Origin: an uncultured Alphaproteobacteria bacterium
GTDB taxonomy: Bacteria > Pseudomonadota > Alphaproteobacteria > Sphingomonadales > Sphingomonadaceae
Assembly (NCBI GenBank): GCA_963790285.1
Contig: CAWBNV010000001.1
Coordinates: 423,891-487,890, forward strand
Length of the DNA: 64,000 nucleotides
Direction: 5' to 3'
The notes under the pieces are model-generated. The model searched no databases. It had not been told where the DNA came from and saw nothing but the letters and a program-made list of their open reading frames with translations. How positions within the stretch are numbered: the first letter of the stretch is position 1; each line of letters opens with the position of its first letter. This document shows, one piece after another, positions 17,005-26,019 of this stretch. The position numbers and the translations under genes were made by a program.

Positions 17005-17900
17005 GCCGCGCCGTGACCGTGCCCCGCCCGGCGCCGTCGCCGGCGGCGGTGCTCGCGCTCATGAAGCCGGTGACGTGGTTTCCGCCGATGTGGGCATTCA
17101 TGTGCGGCGTCGTCTCGTCGGGCGTGCCGCTCGCCGGCCGCTGGCCGTTCGTGCTCGCCGGGCTGATCCTGACCGGGCCGCTTGTCTGCGGGTCGAGCCA
17201 GGCGGCGAACGACTGGTTCGATCGCCACGTCGACGCGATCAACGAGCCCGGTCGTCCGATTCCGTCGGGGCGCATTCCCGGCCGCTGGGGGCTCGGCCTC
17301 GCACTGGCGGGGTCGGCGATCTCGGTCGCCGTCGCCTTCGCCGTCGGTCGGTGGGTGCTGGTCGCAACCCTCGTCGCGCTGGTGATCGGCTGGGCCTATA
17401 GCGCGCCGCCGCTGCGGCTCAAGGTCAGCGGCGTCTGGGGGCCGGCGGCGTGCGCGCTGGCCTACGAAGGGCTGACGTGGTTCACCGGCGCGAGCGTGAT
17501 GCGCGGCGGCCTGCCCGACGGCCGCATCCTCGCACTGATCGGCCTCTACAGCCTCGGCGCACATGGCATCATGACGTTGAACGACTTCAAGGCGGTCGAA
17601 GGCGACCGGGCGATGGGGCTGCGCTCGCTGCCGGTCGTCCTCGGCGTCGACCGGGCGGCGCGGGTCGCGTGTCTGGTCATGGCCGTGCCGCAGGTCGTCG
17701 TCGTGGCGCTGCTCGCGCGCTGGGAACTCGGCTGGTACGCCGCGGGCGTCGCGGCGCTCGTCGCGGGGCAGGTCGCGCTGATGGTCCGCCTCCTCGGCGA
17801 CCCGCTCGGGCGGACGCCGTGGTACAATGCGACCGGCACCTCGCTGTATGTCTTCGGCATGCTCGGGGCGGCGTTCGGCGTCGCCACGGTGATCCGATGA
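17001..17900 (+). CDS. bchG: Bacteriochlorophyll synthase
   Basis: LMKPVTWFPPMWAF, NDWFDRHVDAINEPGRPIPSG, LNDFKAVEGD; UbiA family. Confidence 0.95.
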   Translation: MSRAVTVPRPAPSPAAVLALMKPVTWFPPMWAFMCGVVSSGVPLAGRWPFVLAGLILTGPLVCGSSQAANDWFDRHVDAINEPGRPIPSGRIPGRWGLGLALAGSAISVAVAFAVGRWVLVATLVALVIGWAYSAPPLRLKVSGVWGPAACALAYEGLTWFTGASVMRGGLPDGRILALIGLYSLGAHGIMTLNDFKAVEGDRAMGLRSLPVVLGVDRAARVACLVMAVPQVVVVALLARWELGWYAAGVAALVAGQVALMVRLLGDPLGRTPWYNATGTSLYVFGMLGAAFGVATVIR

Positions 17901-19165
17901 ATCCGGCATCGACCACCGGCCTCGGCTGGCCCGCGATCGTCCGCCTCGGGCTCGTGCAGAGCGCGATCGGGGCGATCGTCGTGCTGACCACGACGACGCT
18001 CAACCGGATCATGGTCGTCGAGTATGGCCTCGCCGCCTCGCTGCCGGCGGCGCTCGTCGCCTTCCACTATGCGGTCCAGCTGAGCCGGGCCCGTTGGGGC
18101 CATGGGTCCGACGGCGCACGGCGGACGCCGTGGATCGTCGGGGGCATGCTGGTGCTCGCCGCGGGCGGCTACCTCGCGGCGCTGGCGACGACTTGGGCGG
18201 GCCGACCGGAGGGGATTGCCCTCGCCGTCGTCGCCTTCGCGCTGATCGGCGTCGGGGTCGGCGCCGCGGGAACGTCGCTCCTCGCCCTGCTCGCGGCCGC
18301 GGTCGCGCCGGCGCGGCGGCCGGCGGCGGCGGCGATCACGTGGATCATGATGATCGTCGGCTTCATCGTCACCACCGGAGTCGCCGGCAAGCTGCTCGAT
18401 CCCTTCTCGCCCGACCGCCTGCTGAGCGTCGTCGGCGGCGTCGTTGTCACCGCTGTCATCGTCGCGGTGATCGGCGTCGCCGGTGTCGAAGGAACCCCTG
18501 CGCCCACGCCCGCCCGCCCGGACTTTACCGCTGCGCTGGCCGAGATCTGGGCCGACGCCCGTGCCCGCCGCTTCACCATCTTCGTCGCGGTATCGATGGT
18601 CGCCTACAGCGCGCAGGAGCTGATCCTCGAGCCGTTCGCCGGCCTGCTGTTCCGCTACACCCCCGGCCAGTCGACGAGCCTCGCCGCGCTCCAGCACGGC
18701 GGCGCGCTTGCCGGCATGATCGTCGTCGGCGTCGGCGCGACGGTGTCGAAGCAGCGCGCCGGCTGGATGCGCGGGTGGACGATCGCTGGCTGCGTCGGCT
18801 CGGCGGCGGCGCTCGGCGCGCTGGCGCTGGCCGCGGCAGCCGCCCCCGACTGGCCGCTGCGCCCGACCGTCGCTGCGCTCGGGCTCGCCAACGGCGTCTT
18901 CGCGGTGTCGGCGGTCGGGTCGATGATGGGCCTCGCCGGGGCCGGCGGCCGTGGGCGCGAGGGCGTGCGCATGGGCGTCTGGGGCGCGGCGCAGGCGATC
19001 GCCTTTGCCGTCGGCGGCTTCGTCGGCGCGGTCGGGGTCGACCTCGGCCGCCGCGCCGGCTCGACACCCCACGCCTTCCTCACTGTCTTCCTCGTCGAAT
19101 CCGCCGTCTTCCTCGCTGCCGCCCTCCTCGCCGCGCGCGTCGACGCCCGCCGTCACATCCCCTGA
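17897..19165 (+). CDS. pucC: BCD-family MFS transporter (PucC/Bch2)
   Basis: From MNPASTTGLGWPAIVRLGLVQ; TLNRIMVVE, AQELILEPFAG, GVRMGVWGAAQA; lies between bchG and bchP. Confidence 0.85.
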   Translation: MNPASTTGLGWPAIVRLGLVQSAIGAIVVLTTTTLNRIMVVEYGLAASLPAALVAFHYAVQLSRARWGHGSDGARRTPWIVGGMLVLAAGGYLAALATTWAGRPEGIALAVVAFALIGVGVGAAGTSLLALLAAAVAPARRPAAAAITWIMMIVGFIVTTGVAGKLLDPFSPDRLLSVVGGVVVTAVIVAVIGVAGVEGTPAPTPARPDFTAALAEIWADARARRFTIFVAVSMVAYSAQELILEPFAGLLFRYTPGQSTSLAALQHGGALAGMIVVGVGATVSKQRAGWMRGWTIAGCVGSAAALGALALAAAAAPDWPLRPTVAALGLANGVFAVSAVGSMMGLAGAGGRGREGVRMGVWGAAQAIAFAVGGFVGAVGVDLGRRAGSTPHAFLTVFLVESAVFLAAALLAARVDARRHIP

Positions 19166-19189
19166 CCCCCTTGCCGAAGGATCGAGAGC

Positions 19190-20374
19190 ATGACCGAGAT
19201 CGTCGATGTCGTTGTCGTCGGGGGCGGGCCGTCGGGTGCGACCGCTGCCGCCGATCTCGCCCGCGCCGGGCACCGCGTCGTGCTGCTCGACCGCGCCGGG
19301 CGGATCAAGCCGTGCGGCGGCGCGATCCCGCCGCGGCTGATGAAGGACTTCGCCGTGCCCGAGTCGGTCCTCGTCGGCCATGCCAAGGCGGCGCGGATGA
19401 TCGCTCCGTCCGACCGCGCCGTCGACATGCCGATCGAGGGCGGCTTTGTCGGCATGGTCGACCGCGGCGAGTTCGACGAGTGGCTGCGCAACCGCGCCGC
19501 ACTCGCCGGCGCCCGCCGTGCGACCGGGACCTACGAGGCGATCGAGCGCGATCCCGACGGCACCGCCGTCGTCGTCTTCCGGCCCAAGGGCGCGGGCAAG
19601 CATGAGGCGCTCGAGCGGCTGCGGACGCGGGCGGTGATCGGGGCCGACGGCGCGCGCTCGGCCGTCGCCCGGCAATCGCTCGGGGCCGAGCGGACGCCGT
19701 GCGTCTTCGCCTATCACGAGGTCATCGAGACCCCCGCCGCACTCGACCGCGAGCGCTGCGACATCTATTACCAGGCGAAGCTGTCGCCCGACTTTTATGC
19801 GTGGATCTTCCCCCACGGTAACCAGACGAGCGTCGGCGTCGGCAGCGCCAACAAGGGCTTCTCGCTCAAGGACTCCGTCGCGCGGCTGCGTGCCGACACC
19901 GGGCTGACCGATGCCGCGACGATCCGCGTCGAAGGCGCGCCAATCCCGCTGAAGCCGCTCAAGAAGTGGGACAACGGCCGCGACGTCGTCGTCGCCGGCG
20001 ACGCCGCCGGGGTCGTCGCCCCGGCGTCGGGCGAGGGCATCTATTACGCCATGACCGCCGGCCGCGAGGCGGCGACCGCGGTCGGCGAATTCCTCACCAC
20101 CGGCAATCCCAAGGCACTCGTCGGCGCGCGCAAGCGCTTCATGAAGGCGCACGGCCGCGTCTTCTGGATCCTCGGGATGATGCAGTATTTCTGGTACTCG
20201 AGCGACAAGCGCCGCGAGCGCTTCGTCAAGATCTGCGACGACGCCGACGTCCAGCGGCTGACGTGGCAGGCGTATATGAACAAGGAGCTCGTCCGCGCCG
20301 ACCCGATGGCGCACGTGCGTATCTTCCTGAAGGACCTCGGCCACCTGTTCGGGTTCGGCTCGACCGCGGCGTGA
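19190..20374 (+). CDS. bchP: Geranylgeranyl reductase
   Basis: VVVGGGPSG FAD motif, IKPCGGAIPPRL, GDAAGVVAPASGEGIYYAM. Confidence 0.95.
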   Translation: MTEIVDVVVVGGGPSGATAAADLARAGHRVVLLDRAGRIKPCGGAIPPRLMKDFAVPESVLVGHAKAARMIAPSDRAVDMPIEGGFVGMVDRGEFDEWLRNRAALAGARRATGTYEAIERDPDGTAVVVFRPKGAGKHEALERLRTRAVIGADGARSAVARQSLGAERTPCVFAYHEVIETPAALDRERCDIYYQAKLSPDFYAWIFPHGNQTSVGVGSANKGFSLKDSVARLRADTGLTDAATIRVEGAPIPLKPLKKWDNGRDVVVAGDAAGVVAPASGEGIYYAMTAGREAATAVGEFLTTGNPKALVGARKRFMKAHGRVFWILGMMQYFWYSSDKRRERFVKICDDADVQRLTWQAYMNKELVRADPMAHVRIFLKDLGHLFGFGSTAA

Positions 20375-20378
20375 GGGC

Positions 20379-20873
20379 GTGACGCGACGCCGGCCGGCGC
20401 GCCGCACCCTCGTCCCGGTCGCCGTCGGCATCGGCGCGGCGCTGCTCGTCGCGGCCATCGGCGCGACGATGACCGACCTCGGGCCGTGGTACCGCGCACT
20501 GCGCCAGCCGTCGTGGTCGCCGCCCGACTGGGCCTTTCCGGTCGGCTGGACGACGGTCTATGCCTGCACCGTCGCTGCCGGGGTCGCCGCGTGGCGCAGC
20601 GCGCGCGGCGGCGAGCGGAGCCGCGTCGTCGCGCTGTTCGCGTTCAACGCGTTCCTCAATATCCTGTGGAGCCTGATCTTCTTCCGTCTCCACCGCCCCG
20701 ACTGGGCGCTCGCGGAGGTGGCGGTGTTCTGGGTGTCGATTGTCCTGCTGATCGCCGTGGCCGCGCGCCGCTCGGCGCGGGCGCGCGCGCTGCTGGTGCC
20801 GTATCTCGTGTGGGTGACCTTCGCGAGCGCGCTCAACGCGGCGGTCGTCGCCCTCAACCCCCCGTTCGCATGA
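20379..20873 (+). CDS. tspO: Tryptophan-rich sensory protein
   Basis: WYRALRQPSWSPPDWAFPVGWT, LNILWSLIFF, LLVPYLVWVTFASALN. Confidence 0.93.
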   Translation: MTRRRPARRTLVPVAVGIGAALLVAAIGATMTDLGPWYRALRQPSWSPPDWAFPVGWTTVYACTVAAGVAAWRSARGGERSRVVALFAFNAFLNILWSLIFFRLHRPDWALAEVAVFWVSIVLLIAVAARRSARARALLVPYLVWVTFASALNAAVVALNPPFA

Positions 20874-21115
20874 CCGCACTCTTCGCTAGCGGGCATGCGG
20901 TCGACATCGTGCTGGCGGTGCTCGTCGCCGAGGCGCTGGTACTGCTCGCGCGGCGGCGCGATGCGGCCGGCGTGGTGCTCGCGCTCCTCCCCGGCGGGCT
21001 GATCCTGCTCGCGCTGCGCGCGGCTCTGATCGGGGCGGCGTGGCCGTGGATCGCGCTGCCGCTCGCGGCGTCGCTCCCGGTGCACCTGCTCGACGTGCGC
21101 CGGCGCGGGCTGTGA
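20870..21115 (+). CDS. Small hypothetical membrane protein
   Basis: 81 aa, hydrophobic (MTALFASGHAVDIVLAVLVAEAL...VHLLDVRRRGL). The ATG overlaps the tspO stop (ATGA). Confidence 0.7.
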   Translation: MTALFASGHAVDIVLAVLVAEALVLLARRRDAAGVVLALLPGGLILLALRAALIGAAWPWIALPLAASLPVHLLDVRRRGL

Positions 21116-21133
21116 CCCGCGCCGGCGAGACGG

Positions 21134-21547
21134 TTACGATGTGGGGTTGGTCTTCAGATACGCGATGATGTCGGCGCGCTTCTTGGCGTCGGGCTGGCCC
21201 GGATAGGTCATCTTCGTGCCCGGGACATAGGCCTGCGGCTTGATCAGATACTGATAGATCGCCGGCTCGGTCCAGGTGATGCCGCTGCCCTTATTCGCGG
21301 CCGAGTAGGTGAAGCCAGGGTAGGTCCCCGCCTTGCGCCCGACCACGCCATGGAGCGACGGCCCGATGCGGTTCTGCCCCTCGACGATGCTGTGGCACGT
21401 CTTGCACACGGCGAAATCGGCCTTGCCGGCGACCGGATCGCCGTGGAGCGACGCGTACGGCGGGGTGCCCGCCGGCATCGGCGGGACGGCGAGCGCGGCG
21501 GTCGCCGCGGCGGCGGTGACGATGGTGGCGACGACGATCTTGATCAT
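21134..21547 (-). CDS. cycA: Cytochrome c2 (class I c-type)
   Basis: Signal peptide, GDPVAGKADFAVCKTCH, IGPSLHGVVGRKAG, YVPGTKMTYPG (Met ligand). Confidence 0.88.
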   Translation of the reverse strand: MIKIVVATIVTAAAATAALAVPPMPAGTPPYASLHGDPVAGKADFAVCKTCHSIVEGQNRIGPSLHGVVGRKAGTYPGFTYSAANKGSGITWTEPAIYQYLIKPQAYVPGTKMTYPGQPDAKKRADIIAYLKTNPTS

Positions 21548-21681
21548 GATCTCTCCCAAGCTCCGAACCGCTGCGAACATACACGCTTGCCGGCTGCCGG
21601 CAACGACGACAGCCTGCTGCATCCTGCCGCGCCGCGGCTGGCCCGGCGATGAACGCCTGGCCGCGCGATACGTTTCGGCAG

Positions 21682-21755
21682 TGGAGCGGGCGAAGGGAAT
21701 CGAACCCTCGTCGTAAGCTTGGGAAGCTTCTGCTCTACCATTGAGCTACGCCCGC
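21682..21755 (-). tRNA. tRNA-Gly(CCC)
   Basis: GCGGGCGTAGCTCAATGGTAGAGCAGAAGCTTCCCAAGCTTACGACGAGGGTTCGATTCCCTTCGCCCGCTCCA: cloverleaf, anticodon CCC, encoded CCA. Confidence 0.97.
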
Positions 21756-22085
21756 GTCCGAACGACTTGAGTTGCAAGGTACCGAGGAGATAGACTTGCA
21801 AACCGCTGCCGTTGAACAGCGAGTGCCATGGTTCGCTTGCATCGGTCAATCGTATTGAGCGCCACGGCGCGCTGGTCGAGCCCGGCGGCCCTCGCTCCGA
21901 CCAAGGAGCGTGGAGCGCTCTTTCGACCCCGTCACGAAACAAGCCCTCACCACCTGCCCGGATCAGAGCGACACGTCGACGCTCGCCAGCCGGCGGTCGG
22001 CTCCCCGCGCCACGATGACGGCGTACGTGTCCGGAGGACCTCCTGGCCCAGGCTGATGTCGCCCGAGATGTATTCAATGAGTAGC

Positions 22086-22925
22086 TCATTGCCCGCCCAG
22101 CGCTTCGTCGCGCTCGATGGCGTCGAGCAACGCCGCTTCGGGCGTTCTCTCGACCCTCGGCCCTGAACCAAAGCGCATCAGCCGGTCGCCGGTCGCGTCG
22201 TACCGGGGCCATGGCGGGCACTCGCCGCCGTCGGGATTGCCGGTGCGAGCGAAGTTGGCCCAGCAGGCTACGGCGATGCCCGCCATCCGGCGATCCCGCG
22301 CGGTGGCGACAGCGTGCAGTGGAGGAACAGTGTCGAGTGACGCGAAGACAAGGGGCAGCTCCTCGCCATGTCCCAGCCCGCGTCGGCCCGTGTCGCGGGC
22401 CTGGTATACATAGTCGAACCGGTAGAGCCAGACGGGCGCGCGCTGCGCTTGCGCCCGGGCCACCACTCGGGTCGGAGCTTCGAACCAGCCGAGCTGAAAA
22501 GCGTGCTGTCCCAAGTCCGCGCCCGATCCGCCGATCCGCGCCGCGAGACTAGGATGGCGGCGGGCGAAGGTGTCGCCGAGATCGCGCGCGTCAAGGCCGA
22601 GCGCCGGCACGAGGGTAGCCTCGTCGCTGTTGAAACCGATCAGCAGCGGTACGGCTGACCCCCGCCCGCCACGGATCGCCATGAGCGCGCCCTCGTTGAG
22701 GGTCACCCCGTCGGCGACGAAGCCTAGCCCCGGCTCGCCGAGAGGCCGTCGCGGCTGCACCGCAAGCAGCCGCGTGACCGGCAGCGCCCGGAGCGCCGAT
22801 GCCGGGACCAATGCACCCTCGCCCAGCGCGGTCTCCGCCGCGGCGCTCCCTCGCTGTTCGGCGACGGCCAGGCCGGGCAGTTCTGCCGAATGAAATGCGC
22901 TCTCGACGATGGCCTGGGAGAACAG
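22086..22925 (-). pseudogene. C-terminal half of a type-B carboxylesterase
   Basis: LFSQAIVES, PLLIGFNSDEA, PVWLYRFDY, GHGEELPLVF, WANFARTGNP, WPRYD. No N-terminal half or GESAG nucleophile motif is visible upstream. Confidence 0.7.
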
Positions 22926-23127
22926 ACCGCAGCCCCCAGGCGAACAGCGCGGTATCGGGCGGCCAGACGTTGCCGCCGTGGTAGGACACCGCTTCCCCTT
23001 CCCACGCCGGACGCAGCGTGACGACAATGTCGACGTCGCCGACGCTATTATCGGTCAAGATTTTGTTTCGTGTGCGGCACCCGGCGCGACGCTACGACGC
23101 TGCCAGACCCCGCTCCAGGAGCCGCCG

Positions 23128-23733
23128 ATGATCCGCCTTCCGTTCGCCGCCGCCATCGTCGCCGCGTTCGCCGTTCCGGGAGCCGCGCAGGTGCCCGGGG
23201 CGGCCGATCTCGCCCGCGTCGCCGCCGGGACCTATGCCGCCGATCCCGGCCACACACAGGTCGAGTGGCGGATCAACCACCTCGGCTTCAGCGAGTATGA
23301 CGGCATCTTTGGTGGAGCGACGGGAACGCTGACGCTCGACCCCGCCCGCCCCGCGGCAGCAGCGGTCGCGATCGAGGTGCCGGTCGCCGGGCTGGTGACG
23401 ACGGTCCCGGCGCTCGACACGCACCTGAAGTCGCCTGATTTCTTCGACGCGGCGAAGTTCCCGACGGTGACCTTCCGCTCGACCCGGATCACCGTCCACG
23501 GATCGACTGCGACGATAACCGGCGACCTCACGCTCCACGGCGTGACGCGGCCGGTGACGCTGGCGGCGCACTTCATCGGCGCGGGCGACAACCCGCGGTC
23601 GAAGAAGGCGACGATCGGCTTCACCGCGACGGCGACGATCAAGCGCTCGGATTTCGGCATGACCTTCTTCCTGCCCGCGCTCGGCGACACGGTCGACCTC
23701 CACATCAACGCGGCGTTCGAAAAGGCCAGCTGA
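23128..23733 (+). CDS. YceI-family periplasmic protein
   Basis: Signal peptide; GTYAADPGHTQVEWRINHLGFS, HLKSPDFFDAAKFPTVTF, GDLTLHGVTRPV, IKRSDFGM; AGGAG RBS. Confidence 0.9.
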   Translation: MIRLPFAAAIVAAFAVPGAAQVPGAADLARVAAGTYAADPGHTQVEWRINHLGFSEYDGIFGGATGTLTLDPARPAAAAVAIEVPVAGLVTTVPALDTHLKSPDFFDAAKFPTVTFRSTRITVHGSTATITGDLTLHGVTRPVTLAAHFIGAGDNPRSKKATIGFTATATIKRSDFGMTFFLPALGDTVDLHINAAFEKAS

Positions 23734-23740
23734 CCCGCGC

Positions 23741-23777
23741 TTGACGCAACGTCGCGCGCGCTTGCATACTGTATACA
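23741..23777 (+). promoter_or_regulatory. Sigma70-like promoter overlapped by palindromic operator TGCATACTGTATACA
   Basis: TTGACG at 23741; operator at 23763-23777 covers the -10 region. Related copies at 29877, 33709 and 44124. Confidence 0.6.
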
Positions 23778-23782
23778 AATAG

Positions 23783-25717
23783 ATGCAGGGGTCGGCGATG
23801 CGGACGGGGATGACGGCGGCGATCGCGATCGGCGTGGCGCTCACCGGGGCGGCTGCCGCTCCGCCGGCGACCGACTGGCCGTCGGTCCACCAGAACCTTG
23901 CCGGGACGCGCTTTTCGACGCTTGACGCGATCACCCCGGCCAATGTCGCGCGGCTGCGCCCGGCATGGGTCTATCACATGCGCCCCGCCGCCGGCGCGAG
24001 CGGCCCGCTGCGCTTCCAGCTGTCGGAGGTGACGCCGCTGGTCGTCGGCGGCACGATGTTCATCGCGACGCCGTACGGCCGCATCGTCGCGCTCGATCCC
24101 GCCACCGGCGCCGAGCGCTGGTCGACGCCGATCCCCGGCGACGACCGCGCGTCGCTGCGCGGCGTCGCCTACTGGCCGGGCGACGGCAGCGTCGGTGCGC
24201 GGATCGTATTCGGCACGCGCGGCGGCAAGCTGATCGCAGTGGATGCGGCGACCGGCGCGCTCAGCGCCGGCTTCGGCGCGAACGGCATCGTCGATCTCAA
24301 GACGCCCGAGGTGATGACCACCGGCGACGCGAGCTACATCCTCCCCTCCCCGCCGCTGATCTACAAGAACCTCATCATCACCGGAGCCGGCCCCGGCGAA
24401 GGCCCCGGCGGCAAGAACGGCGGCGTCGGCCCGGCCGGCGACACGCGCGCGTGGGATGCGCGGTCGGGCAAGCTCGTGTGGACCTTCCACTCGGTCCCGC
24501 GTCCCGGCGAAGCGGGAGCCGACAGCTGGGGCGGCGACAGCGCGAAGAACCGGTCGGGGGTCAACGTCTGGGGGTACATGACCGCCGACGTCGATCGCGG
24601 CATCGTCTACATGCCCTTCGGCGCGCCGAACAACGACCGCGTCGGCATCGACCGGCCGGGCAACAATCTCTATTCGAGTTCGATCGTCGCCGTCGCCGCC
24701 GATACCGGCAAGTATCTGTGGCACTTCCAGACGGTCCACCACGACATTTGGGACATGGATACCCAGTCGCCGCCGATGCTGTTCGACGTCCATCGTGGCG
24801 GCAAGACGATCCCGGCCGTCGCCACGGTCAACAAGAACGCGCGGATGTACATCCTCAACCGCGTCACCGGCGAGCCGATCTACCCGGTCGAAGAGCGCCC
24901 CGTCGCGGCGAGCGACGTGCCCGGCGAACAGGCATCGCCGACGCAGCCCTTCCCCACCGCAATCGAGCCGCTGTCGCAGACGACGCTGAGCCGTGACAGG
25001 CTGTACCACGGCCAGGCTGCGCACCAGGCATTCTGCGAGCGGCTGGTCGACGACAACAACATGCTGCTCGCCGGCGAATTGTACGTTCCGGTCCGGCTCA
25101 ACCGCTATACCGTGTCGCTGCCGGGCACGCAGGGAGGGGTCAATTATTACGGCGGCGCATTCGATCCGCGGCTCGGGCTGTTCGTCGTCAACGTCAACAA
25201 CCTCGCCCAGCCGATGCGCATCGTGAAGGGACCCGACGGCGCCTACGTCAACTCGGGGCCGCTCGCCGGGCTGGTCCGCTTCTGGGATCCCAAGACCCAC
25301 CTGCCGTGCGGGCCGACACCGTGGGGGCAGCTCGTCGCGCTCGACGTCAACACCGGCAAGATCGCGTGGCGGACGACGCTCGGCATCACCGAAAGCTTTC
25401 CCGCCGGGCAGCAGGCGACCGGCCGGCCGGGCCTCGGCGGGGCGACGGTGACGGCGGGCGGGCTGACCTTCGTCGGCGCGACCGACGATTCGCGCCTGCG
25501 CGCCTTTGCGACGAAGACCGGCAAGGAGCTGTGGACCTTCCGCCTGCCAGCATCCGCGGAAGCGACGCCGGTGACGTACGCGGCGAATGGCAAGCAGTTC
25601 GTCGCCGTCGTCGCCACCGGCGGCGGGCTGATCGGGGCCAAGCTCGAAAGCGACACACTCATCGCCTTCGCGCTCGACGGCGCCGCCGCCGCGCCGCCGC
25701 CGGGCTCGGGCTGGTGA
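23783..25717 (+). CDS. Periplasmic PQQ-dependent dehydrogenase, glucose/quinate/shikimate-dehydrogenase-like
   Basis: Signal peptide instead of the 5-TM anchor; DWPSVHQNLAGTRFSTLDAITPANV, EVTPLVVGGTMF, SLRGVAYW, WHFQTVHHDIWDMD, PVEERPV, PWGQLVALD. Confidence 0.87.
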   Translation: MQGSAMRTGMTAAIAIGVALTGAAAAPPATDWPSVHQNLAGTRFSTLDAITPANVARLRPAWVYHMRPAAGASGPLRFQLSEVTPLVVGGTMFIATPYGRIVALDPATGAERWSTPIPGDDRASLRGVAYWPGDGSVGARIVFGTRGGKLIAVDAATGALSAGFGANGIVDLKTPEVMTTGDASYILPSPPLIYKNLIITGAGPGEGPGGKNGGVGPAGDTRAWDARSGKLVWTFHSVPRPGEAGADSWGGDSAKNRSGVNVWGYMTADVDRGIVYMPFGAPNNDRVGIDRPGNNLYSSSIVAVAADTGKYLWHFQTVHHDIWDMDTQSPPMLFDVHRGGKTIPAVATVNKNARMYILNRVTGEPIYPVEERPVAASDVPGEQASPTQPFPTAIEPLSQTTLSRDRLYHGQAAHQAFCERLVDDNNMLLAGELYVPVRLNRYTVSLPGTQGGVNYYGGAFDPRLGLFVVNVNNLAQPMRIVKGPDGAYVNSGPLAGLVRFWDPKTHLPCGPTPWGQLVALDVNTGKIAWRTTLGITESFPAGQQATGRPGLGGATVTAGGLTFVGATDDSRLRAFATKTGKELWTFRLPASAEATPVTYAANGKQFVAVVATGGGLIGAKLESDTLIAFALDGAAAAPPPGSGW

Positions 25718-26019
25718 GGACGATCGTCGCGGGCGTCGTCGCCGCGACCGTTGCGCTCGCCGCCGCCGCGCAGGTGCCGCCCGCCGCTGCGCCCGGCGAC
25801 GCCGACAAGCTGCCGCCCGGGCCGGGGCGCGAGACGATGGTCCGCGTCTGCTCGGGGTGCCACACGCCGGCGATCGTCGTCGACCAGCGACTGACGCCAG
25901 CGGGCTGGGGCAGCGTCGTCGAGCAGATGGCGGCGAACGGCGCGCAGGGGACCGACGCCGACTTCGCCGCGATCAAGGCCTATCTGGCGACGAGTTTTCC
26001 GGCGCCGGCGACGCCGTAA
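25714..26019 (+). CDS. Small monoheme cytochrome c (SorB-like)
   Basis: GTG overlaps the upstream stop; signal peptide; LPPGPGRETMVRVCSGCH, WGSVVEQM. Confidence 0.82.
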   Translation: MRTIVAGVVAATVALAAAAQVPPAAAPGDADKLPPGPGRETMVRVCSGCHTPAIVVDQRLTPAGWGSVVEQMAANGAQGTDADFAAIKAYLATSFPAPATP

